DNA of 64,000 bases from Myxococcota bacterium (lineage in GTDB: Bacteria > Myxococcota_A > Bradymonadia > UBA7976 > UBA1532), in contig JAYZEG010000010.1 in assembly GCA_036337435.1 (NCBI GenBank), positions 1 to 64,000 of the forward strand, written 5' to 3'. The notes beneath the pieces are model-generated. The model saw only the letters and a program-made list of their open reading frames with translations. It was not told where the DNA came from and did no database searches. Shown one piece after another: positions 51,236-59,320 of the stretch. Within the stretch, counting starts at the first letter, position 1. Each line of letters opens with the position of its first letter. The translations under genes were made by a program, and so were the position numbers.

Positions 51236-52324
51236 CTAGTCATCAGCAACAAATCCAGGCCAGCGAGTAAGATAATCGGCAAAGACGGAACTCACACCCT
51301 CGTGGGCCAACACCTGTCGAGTGACAGGCAATGGTCGCGGATGAAAATTGCGATCAGCCATCACCAAAGCTGGGAAATCGTGATGAAGAATACCGGCACG
51401 ACCGATACCAACGAAGTCGACTCCCCGAGAAAGGACGGTTTCTACATCTGGCGCGGTTTTAATTTTTCCTGCGACCGTCAGTTTTGTCTGTCCACGTTCT
51501 AGGGAAGAAAAGACCTCCAACAAACCATGCTCATCATCTGGATTATGGTCACTTTTCTTCTTGTAATCCCACAAGGAGACATCCAAAAAATCCACGTTTT
51601 TTTTTCCGACCAAGAGTCTGAAAACGTCAATGGCCTCAGGCAATTCGATGCCGTACTTTTCCGGCGAGAGCCTTAATCCCAATAAAAATTGTGAACCACA
51701 AACCTGACGTATGCCGTCGATAATGTCCGAGATCAGTCGCATGCGGTTCAAAACTGAACCGCCGAACTGGTCGGTTCTGCGGTTGTACTTGGCACTTAAG
51801 AATTGGCAGAGCAGATAGTCGTGAGCCCCGTGAATCTCGACCCCATCATAGCCTGCTGATTGCGCTCTGAAAGCCGCTTCGACAAAATCGCCGCAGAGGG
51901 CCTCTATCTCATTGAGTGTTAATGCACGGGCGCCGGTGGACGCGTCAGGGGACGGACAGACCGGTGGCCCATCGATGACATCAAGGAGGGCTCGCCTACC
52001 TGCATGATGAAGCTGAATAACAGCCACGGCTCCATGTTCTCTGATCCCGCCTGCGAGTCGTCGATGCCCATCGAGAAGCGAATCGGCGTAAATGCCTAAC
52101 TGGCCGGGAAATCCCTGGCCGATTGTTTGAACATGAGCAGCACAAGTCATCACCATGCCAAATTGGCCGACGGCTCGTTTAACAAGCCAATCATATTCTT
52201 CGTCACTGAGAGTGCCGTCCTTAAAGCTCTGACAGTTGGTCATCGGGGCCAACATAAAACGGTTTGGCATAGTCACACCGCAGCGAAAGGACAAGGGCGT
52301 GCCTTGGTCAATGCTTTGATTCAA
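51236..52324 (-). CDS. NADH:flavin oxidoreductase (old yellow enzyme family)
   Basis: NRFMLAPMT, QLHHAG, GYDGVEIHGAHDYLLCQFLS, NRRTDQFGGS. Confidence 0.93.
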   Translation of the reverse strand: MNQSIDQGTPLSFRCGVTMPNRFMLAPMTNCQSFKDGTLSDEEYDWLVKRAVGQFGMVMTCAAHVQTIGQGFPGQLGIYADSLLDGHRRLAGGIREHGAVAVIQLHHAGRRALLDVIDGPPVCPSPDASTGARALTLNEIEALCGDFVEAAFRAQSAGYDGVEIHGAHDYLLCQFLSAKYNRRTDQFGGSVLNRMRLISDIIDGIRQVCGSQFLLGLRLSPEKYGIELPEAIDVFRLLVGKKNVDFLDVSLWDYKKKSDHNPDDEHGLLEVFSSLERGQTKLTVAGKIKTAPDVETVLSRGVDFVGIGRAGILHHDFPALVMADRNFHPRPLPVTRQVLAHEGVSSVFADYLTRWPGFVADD

Positions 52325-52493
52325 TGGCGAACCTCCTTTTTCAAAGTGAGTCGGAGCCCAATCAAATATCAGTGAGCTAAAGACCTATGCAAAATTGGCT
52401 TACAAGAGAAATTCGGGTTCATCATACGAAATTCAGTTTCTGCCGATGAGCAATCTCAGCTCTCATGGAGGCCCAGACAATACGGGGCCATCA

Positions 52494-54236
52494 TCAATTA
52501 TCAGCCCATTCAATACGGCGGGCGGCTGATACAATATCTGAAGGCAAAGCCGACCGATAGGCCTGGTCGAAGGCATCGGCCAATTGACCGGCAGTCGAAA
52601 ACCGGTCTACGGGATCGGGTGCCATGGCGATGCTCAGAAAATCGCTGATCTGCCCATCTAAATCCGGGGCTACGACCTGAGGGCGAGTTGGCCTTTGATA
52701 CGCTGCTGCCGCAACGGCATTAAAGCCAGACCCCTGGAAGGGCGGTGCGCCAGTCAAGCAGCGGTAGAGAACCGCACCCAGTGCATACAAATCTGTACGG
52801 TGATCTAGCTCGTGTCCTCGAGCCTGCTCAGGTGCCATATATCGGGGCGTTCCAACCACACAGCCGGCATGTGTCAATGTCTCGGCACCGGTCGTCCACT
52901 TTGAAACACCAAAATCGAGTACCTTCCAAACATTTCGAGTACTGCTTTCTCGGTGCGCGAAAAGATTATGGGGTTTAATGTCCCGGTGGATAACGCCTTG
53001 TTCGTGTGCGGCCGTGAGCCCGCGGCAGATGTGATGTACGAGACGGTGACATGCCCGAACGGATAAGCGTCCGCGGCGCCTCAGAATCGCGGCCAAGTCA
53101 TGTCCGTCGAGACGCTCCATTGCGATATATAACGTTCCATCAGTGTCTTGACCAAATTCATACACTTGCGTCACATGTGGCGACCGGATCTGGCGGGCAA
53201 TTTGTGCCTCGCGCTTGAATCGAGACACGATGGCTTCATTCTGAGTGTCTGACGTGTTCAGAATTTTAAGTGCTGACCGTTTTCCGCTCTTTTGCTCAAC
53301 CGCGTCGTACACTTCACCAGATGCACCCCGCCCGAGTAAGGGACCTAGGCGGTAATCTGAAATTGACTGGCCTGTCAGGCGACCAGACAAGCCCTCATCC
53401 CCGAAAATTCTTTCCAACTCAGCTTGGGCTTCTTCGAGCTGAACTTTTTTTAAATTGATGTCCATAACGGCACTTGCAACCGAGCCCATAGCATTTTCAA
53501 CCGCGTCCCGTGACCAAGTGGCCTGGGCAAAAGTGACGAGCAGAACCATGGGAACCATCAGGGTCATAAAGAGCATAGCCGATGCCCCCGCGTTGTTCCC
53601 GGTGAAAACGCCGATATCCTGGATTCGCCCTGTCAAGACACCAAGGAACAAAGCGAGGGTTAAAATAATGGCTGCAGAGCAAATGAGTACGGCGCCTCTT
53701 CGGTCAGCACCTTGCCCAAAAAAGCTGATACCGAGAGTGATGGCGAGCGCAGTTGGCGAATATGGCCCCAAATAAATAAGCGCGTTTACACAAGCAACGA
53801 CACCCACGATTCCGAAAATCCGAAACACGTTGCGATCGTATTTTTTGGGATTCTTGGCAACCCTCCAAACACCCAGACCTGTCAGTGCGAAAACGAAGAG
53901 GGTCGACGCAAAAATCAAGCTGTGTCCGCTGTGACCGGAATCTAAAAACGGCAGCCAAGCGAGTGTAACCAGACAAATCACACTGAATATGAGTCCGATA
54001 TTGCTTGCACGGATCGCTTCAGCTTCATGCAAACTGAGCTGTATATGTGAAACGGTCACCGCTGATTCAGGGCGTCGATCAAGATTTGAATGATCAACAG
54101 AAATTGGATTGGAGGGTGCGCGCTGGCCTGTTTGTATGGTGACGTCTTGTTCAATATGCCGAACCGCCCGGTCGGTCAGATTCTGAATTGACTCGATTGG
54201 AAAACGAGCGTCGGGTTTTCTGGGCTCAGACATCAA
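52494..54236 (-). CDS. Membrane-anchored Hanks-type Ser/Thr protein kinase
   Basis: N-terminal multi-TM region; LGRGASGEVY, ALKIL, HRDIKPHN, DFG, GTPRYMAPEQ. Confidence 0.93.
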   Translation of the reverse strand: MMSEPRKPDARFPIESIQNLTDRAVRHIEQDVTIQTGQRAPSNPISVDHSNLDRRPESAVTVSHIQLSLHEAEAIRASNIGLIFSVICLVTLAWLPFLDSGHSGHSLIFASTLFVFALTGLGVWRVAKNPKKYDRNVFRIFGIVGVVACVNALIYLGPYSPTALAITLGISFFGQGADRRGAVLICSAAIILTLALFLGVLTGRIQDIGVFTGNNAGASAMLFMTLMVPMVLLVTFAQATWSRDAVENAMGSVASAVMDINLKKVQLEEAQAELERIFGDEGLSGRLTGQSISDYRLGPLLGRGASGEVYDAVEQKSGKRSALKILNTSDTQNEAIVSRFKREAQIARQIRSPHVTQVYEFGQDTDGTLYIAMERLDGHDLAAILRRRGRLSVRACHRLVHHICRGLTAAHEQGVIHRDIKPHNLFAHRESSTRNVWKVLDFGVSKWTTGAETLTHAGCVVGTPRYMAPEQARGHELDHRTDLYALGAVLYRCLTGAPPFQGSGFNAVAAAAYQRPTRPQVVAPDLDGQISDFLSIAMAPDPVDRFSTAGQLADAFDQAYRSALPSDIVSAARRIEWADN

Positions 54237-54510
54237 CTGCGTCCAACATGGCTAGGTCTCGATTAGTCTAGCATGATCTTATCGTCTGCACCCATGTTCA
54301 TTGGACATCCGACTCTATTCTAAACGGATAGCATCATCGGAATGTCACAGGTCAAACGTAGATGACTGACCGACGGGCTGACGCCTCAATTATAACGCCC
54401 GATGAGGGCAATTAATGACTCGGTCTTTTGACCCCACTTGTGTGACCTACTGTCCACATTTATCGGTTCATGACGGCAAGGTTCACCTGAGCTTGGCCTC
54501 CCCGTAAACT

Positions 54511-54526
54511 TGGCATGCGGCTTGCT
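54511..54526 (+). promoter_or_regulatory. Sigma54 (-24/-12) promoter
   Basis: TGGCATGCGGCTTGCT: GG-N10-GC, one mismatch to TGGCAC-N5-TTGCW; predicted TSS near 54537. Confidence 0.8.
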
Positions 54527-54536
54527 ATCTCATGGA

Positions 54537-54946
54537 CGCAGGAAAGCAACTTGGGTCCAGAAGGAGGACCACCACGAGGGTCGATGCCGTGACACGTACG
54601 TCAACGCATCGGACAAGAAATTCAGTCTCGGCCTACAAGCTATAGAGGTAGCGGGCATCACGTCCCCCATCCCCCCCAGTGGATGCTCGCTACCCTCATT
54701 TTTACCAGGGTGCGTGACAGTCTGGTTGCTAAATGAGGGTGCTCAATAAGCGAGTCAGACAGGCTAAAGGTAGCGGGCATCACGCCCCCGTCCCCCCAAC
54801 AGGATGCTCGCTACCTCTCATTTTTTTCGGTAGGCAAGCCGTAAACCCATACGCGTTGCGGTTCTTGACATGACCTAAACTCTAGGCAGCGGGTATCCGT
54901 CTCCCCTCCGTCCCCCAAACAGGATACTCGCTGCCTCGCCTCACTT
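54537..54946 (+). ncRNA. Candidate sigma54-driven multi-module structured RNA (Pxr-like sRNA array)
   Basis: Three conserved C-loop hairpins with compensatory changes, separated by unrelated long hairpins; no credible CDS on the + strand. Confidence 0.65.
54647..54936 (+). repeat. Three imperfect ~50-nt hairpin repeats at ~120-nt period
   Basis: 54647-54694, 54768-54816, 54884-54936; consensus GGYAGCGGGYATC-[C-rich loop]-GATRCTCGCTRCC followed by CTCAYTT. Confidence 0.9.
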
Positions 54947-54996
54947 AAAACAAAGCAGCTACCAGGGACCAGACGGGTTGGTCAATACCCCCGAAA

Positions 54997-56178
54997 TTAA
55001 GAGAATAGCGACGACGAAAATGGGGGGATCAGCTTCATGGCAGTTGCCACAATGTACGCAGTCCAGAAAATGTACAAACTGCCGAGGAACCAGCCTCTTC
55101 CCTTACCAACGCTGACAGTTCGAGTCCCATCATCGGCGGTGCCTCGAGGCCCAGTCAGAAAGGTCAACAAGATAATGACGGTTGCGCCAACCAAGATAAT
55201 TCGAAGGTCTTGAACTGCCGCCCCGCTTCCAGCTGTACCGCCCGTCAATGCGATCTCACTGCCGTTGTAGAGGCAGTAGGCCAGCAGGGGTAATCCCAAG
55301 GCAACACAGATGTCGAAAATATTACTCCCAACAGCATTAGACACCGCATCGTCGTAATCTCCCTTCATCGCGTCTTTGTAGGAGATGACGGTATCTGGAA
55401 CGCTGGTTGCCGCAGCCCCCAGGATGACAGCAGTGAAGTATGCTGGTACACCGAGTGCGTCAGCGGAATGGATTACGGCCTCGGCTAAGAAATAGCATGC
55501 ACCGCCGATGGTTGCCGTGGCGCAAATCAGAACGACCCATGCGGAGCCTTTGGTAAACTCGTTGCCGCCATAAATCAGATTATTGTAATCGAAGGTAAGC
55601 AGATTGGCGACAAAGCCCTTATGCTCGTCCTCCTCATCATCATCATCATCGTCGTCGTCATCATCTCCCCCGCCCATGCCACGAAGGAGAACGCCAAAGT
55701 AGACGACATAAATACCGATCAAAGCTGCACCCATCCACCAAGCCAATGCGGTGTTGCCGAGAAATACGATGAGTGCGACCTCAGCTAGGATGAAGAAGAA
55801 TCCGTCTCGCAGAAGCGTACTCTGCCCCAAACTAACGCTGTTAATTACCTCGCCATTTACGCCTTTCGTGGTCACGGCAATAATGCAGACGGCTGGTATG
55901 ACAGCTGCATTGAACACGGCACTGCCCGCGCATGTTGCGATACCAGCGGAGAAGCCATCGGTGTCGTGATAGAGAAAGAGCAGAAATAAGGTGGTGAACA
56001 ATTCCGGTAGAGAACTTGCGATCGCTTCGATGGTCGCGCCTCGAATACCGGGCTTCATCTTATAGACTTTCTTCCCCAAATGGTCTGAAGCCCCCTCAAA
56101 CGAATCGCAGGCGAACTTAATGACATACATCGCGGCACAAACCAGCCCTAAAGACTGCATGAGTTTCGTTACGTCCAA
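54997..56178 (-). CDS. Na+/Ca2+ antiporter (CaCA, Na_Ca_ex) with a poly-Asp loop
   Basis: Alpha-1 GATIEAIASSLPE..GSAVFN; alpha-2 AAATSVPD..GSNIFD; D10-EEDE central loop. Confidence 0.92.
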   Translation of the reverse strand: MDVTKLMQSLGLVCAAMYVIKFACDSFEGASDHLGKKVYKMKPGIRGATIEAIASSLPELFTTLFLLFLYHDTDGFSAGIATCAGSAVFNAAVIPAVCIIAVTTKGVNGEVINSVSLGQSTLLRDGFFFILAEVALIVFLGNTALAWWMGAALIGIYVVYFGVLLRGMGGGDDDDDDDDDDEEDEHKGFVANLLTFDYNNLIYGGNEFTKGSAWVVLICATATIGGACYFLAEAVIHSADALGVPAYFTAVILGAAATSVPDTVISYKDAMKGDYDDAVSNAVGSNIFDICVALGLPLLAYCLYNGSEIALTGGTAGSGAAVQDLRIILVGATVIILLTFLTGPRGTADDGTRTVSVGKGRGWFLGSLYIFWTAYIVATAMKLIPPFSSSLFS

Positions 56179-56345
56179 TTTATGCTTCTCCTTGAAATGA
56201 ACGGAGGTATAGGCGAATCAAAAGTCATCTAGCCGGTCAACGCAATCTGAGTCGACCGGCTAAATCATGGCCCGTTAAATACCCGTCTGACAACCCGATG
56301 CCGTATCGTGTTTGACGGCACGGCACCGGAGTCGTTTCCTCGGAC

Positions 56346-58124
56346 CTAATCGTCCAAGTTGTATTGGAAGAAATTATCCCATTTCTCGTCCATGGCGCGA
56401 AGTGCTTCGTCCATTGGAACCGCCCAATATTGACCATTTTTGTGGGCCACGATGGGGAGAAACTTCCTCATACTATCCTGTTCTTCAGACGGCTTCGGTA
56501 GATTGTCCGCACCAGCATCGGCCGCGACGAGTTCCAAAGCACCGTCGACATCAAAATCGACCTCGAGGTCGTTGAAATTATCTTTGAGGAAAACTTCGAC
56601 AGCTTCGTCTAGATCTTCCGATGACATGGTTTTAGTCGGTTGCCCATTGGCACCGATAACAGCTTGGTTTTTGACAAGTAACAGATATGAGAGGAACGCT
56701 TCTTTAAATTCTTGTTCTTCAACCGAGTCGACCAAGAACTGCATCACGCCCATGTTACTGTCGAGATTTCGCTCGTAGAGGTCTTGCGCAATCTTAGCGA
56801 TGTATTTGACCCGTGTGCGTAAGAATCCAGTTACAGTCTTCAATAAGACCGCGACCATGATACCAATAAATGCGAGAAAACCACCGCCGCTGCCATCGTC
56901 TGAGCCGCCGGTTGCTTTGACAATACCTGTGATTAACGTCGCCAGAACAACGAGGCTTAACACCGTTTTGTCGAAAGGCCGCATCTTGAGTTTCTTCTCT
57001 GGGAAGACGACCTCAAGGTCAGCCATTGGAATGTTCTTGAAAATCTTGATGGAAATGGGCTTGACCGCCGGTTCCTCAGGCTTCTTGAACATCTTATTGA
57101 CCATGCCGCCCAAGAGCGGATTGGTTCGAAGTGCCCTAAATGGGTCTTTTGCCTTCAAGCGAAACAAACAAATGACACGCTCGAAAGCTGGTTCCTGCAG
57201 CGTTGTTTTGCCAACAAATGAACCCCAGTTGGTCAGCTGGTTCTCTAGATTCATTCGCCGCAACCAGCGGGGTAGAAATGCGACATCAATGTCTTTTCGT
57301 TCAGGTGCTTTATACTCTTCTTCAACAGCACCCAATTGCTCCTGCAGTTTCTTCGAGAAAGAGGCCACCAATCGAATCGCTAACTTGACGACCCGCTCGA
57401 CCAAGAGGTTCACCTTGCTTAAAAGAAAAGCACCCTCTACGCGTTCAGGTGTCTTACCCCGTGTAAAGATGAGCATTTGGTCTTTGGTATCTTCAGGCTG
57501 GTCGATCCACTCATTGAATGAACCTGCATCCGATGGAATACAGTCGGCCAACTGGGCTTTACCTTCAGCTGTTTCGGACCACGCCGAAAAATCTCTAATG
57601 AGCTCGGGATCATGGCCTGTCCAGTTTGCATCAACCGGCATATCGAATACGAAGGTCGACGCATCGGCTAAGTCGTATTCTGGCTGGGTCAATGGATTGA
57701 AGTTGCCGCGTTCCATCAACTTCATGAAATTGGACAGAAAACGGCGTTCCCGGTGCTGGATTTCTTCTTCGGACAGGGCAACGGCGACCGTCTCATCATC
57801 ATCGTCGTCATCGTCTTCCACGACATCAGGAGAGAAAAATTCGTAATCTTCTTTGAGCTGGTTAAGCGTTTCGTGGAAATGAAAATGATAAATCCCATCG
57901 AGCAATTCGACAAAGTGCTTAAATTTCTCGACCTCGTCCTCCGAGCGCGCGTAGTCGCCCTTAAAAGCGGCTACAACCTTGGCTTTGCTAATCGGGATAT
58001 ACATTTCATGAGGGATCTCGACCCACTCACGATCTTCGCCAACCCCGCTGGGCGGCTCCTCTCCGCGCCAATAGGTCTCTCCCCATTTCTCCGGCTTAAT
58101 CCAGACGTTTGCTTCATCACTCAC
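56346..58124 (-). CDS. TMEM143/DUF3754 family protein
   Basis: GGAGGAG RBS before GTG 58124; YIPISK, HFHFHETLNQLKEDY, KIFKNIPMADLEVVFPEK, EEQEFKEA, VDFDVDGAL, LDEKWD-like end. Confidence 0.85.
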   Translation of the reverse strand: MSDEANVWIKPEKWGETYWRGEEPPSGVGEDREWVEIPHEMYIPISKAKVVAAFKGDYARSEDEVEKFKHFVELLDGIYHFHFHETLNQLKEDYEFFSPDVVEDDDDDDDETVAVALSEEEIQHRERRFLSNFMKLMERGNFNPLTQPEYDLADASTFVFDMPVDANWTGHDPELIRDFSAWSETAEGKAQLADCIPSDAGSFNEWIDQPEDTKDQMLIFTRGKTPERVEGAFLLSKVNLLVERVVKLAIRLVASFSKKLQEQLGAVEEEYKAPERKDIDVAFLPRWLRRMNLENQLTNWGSFVGKTTLQEPAFERVICLFRLKAKDPFRALRTNPLLGGMVNKMFKKPEEPAVKPISIKIFKNIPMADLEVVFPEKKLKMRPFDKTVLSLVVLATLITGIVKATGGSDDGSGGGFLAFIGIMVAVLLKTVTGFLRTRVKYIAKIAQDLYERNLDSNMGVMQFLVDSVEEQEFKEAFLSYLLLVKNQAVIGANGQPTKTMSSEDLDEAVEVFLKDNFNDLEVDFDVDGALELVAADAGADNLPKPSEEQDSMRKFLPIVAHKNGQYWAVPMDEALRAMDEKWDNFFQYNLDD

Positions 58125-58530
58125 GTCAAAAAACTCCTCCCAACACATCAGCCTTTGCCGACGGTCGATCCAATGGTTTTGTTGTCATCATGAAAGGCGG
58201 GCCACAGTGAATTATATATCAAAAACAATCTAGGCTGGGACCCATTCCCCATCCGTTACTGGGCGCAGTCTAAGTCGTTCCATGCCCATTTGCCAAGTAA
58301 ATAGAAATAACAGAATCTGGCCCGTTGAAAGATCCGTAAAAAGACAAATGTTGTTCCGTATGCAGCGGCATCAATGTGCCGATTTTATGGGCTTTTAGAG
58401 AGATTAAGACGGAAAATCCTAATGCAAATCTCGGCAATGCGTTCGAAAAACCCGGTTTATTATACCCATTAAAGACTCTTGAATAGCCCATTGTTCACCT
58501 GTACTGTCCAGATACTTTGGAGGAAATATT

Positions 58531-58956
58531 ATGGTATCTAGAAAGCTTAAATTTACAGCACAACAAGTGGCGTGGCGGGCTGCATTTGCCCTGATTATCA
58601 CGCTGATCACGTTCAACCCGATCAAGTCATTCTTTGGTTCATTGGCCGATACGGTTTGGAGCCCAATGCCCTGGGGAACGATTCTATTCGCGCTCATTTT
58701 GGTCGCAGGGTGGGCATTCATACTGATAAATGCAAAACAACTCCTCGGCAAATGGGGCTTTATTGCAATTTTGGTCATTTTTGGAACTTTCGTCGCGATG
58801 CTGGTTTCGAAGGGGATGGTCTCAAGTGGCAAGGGGGCTGCCTGGATCGGGACTTTGGGCCTGTGGTTGCTGGCAACGATATCACTGACAGGCGGATATA
58901 TTTTCCGCTATTTGACCGGGCGCCTTCATGTCGAAGATGGAGATATGGACGCTTAG
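58531..58956 (+). CDS. Small membrane protein, DUF6524-like
   Basis: GGAGG RBS; four TM helices; ITFNP and C-terminal RYLTGRLHVED; followed by a terminator. Confidence 0.7.
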   Translation: MVSRKLKFTAQQVAWRAAFALIITLITFNPIKSFFGSLADTVWSPMPWGTILFALILVAGWAFILINAKQLLGKWGFIAILVIFGTFVAMLVSKGMVSSGKGAAWIGTLGLWLLATISLTGGYIFRYLTGRLHVEDGDMDA

Positions 58957-58976
58957 GCTCAGAAAATTATTTTGAG

Positions 58977-59007
58977 AAAGCCGGGCGTTGTGACGTCCGG
59001 CTTTTTT
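58977..59007 (+). terminator. Rho-independent terminator
   Basis: AAAGCCGGGCGT-TGTG-ACGTCCGGCTTT followed by more T. Confidence 0.85.
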
Positions 59008-59320
59008 ATTGACCCAAAACCGGCAACAGAACTTTGCTCAGGGTGATAGACCCCAACGGAGCCAAACTCAACGACTCGCACTCAGGGCGGCTTTGAACCA
59101 CATAGACAAACGAGAGGTGGTCTAAAGTCAATCTCCACTGCCTGAGGTCTGAATCGTTTGTTGACCGGCTTACCGAGCCAGGTCAGGCTAAAAATGCGAT
59201 GACGTCTAACAAGATATTTGATTCTCACGCCGCCTCATGTCGTACTTCGGTTTGTCTAGACTTGATTAATCAAAGACATACTTAATTTAAAATCGACCGG
59301 TCCCCGGTTGGAGCAGACGA

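Noticed and set aside
54510..54749. 79-aa ORF over the array
   Set aside because: Its TTG start lies inside the sigma54 promoter, it has no RBS, and it covers only one repeat unit
54530..54930. CsrB/RsmZ-type sponge (several GGA and CAGGAT motifs)
   Set aside because: The repeated GGA motifs lie mainly in stems while the conserved loops are C-rich; kept only as a minor alternative
54647..54936. CRISPR array or type III toxin-antitoxin repeat
   Set aside because: Only three non-identical ~50-nt repeats with structured ~70-nt spacers; no cas genes in the window and no co-oriented toxin ORF downstream
56800..57846. Long antisense ORFs (348 aa here; also 26634-27308, 46236-46877, 31637-32254)
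   Set aside because: They are shadows of well-supported genes on the opposite strand and have no motifs
59262..59273. FNR/CRP box
   Set aside because: TTGAT and ATCAA are separated by 2 nt, not the required 4
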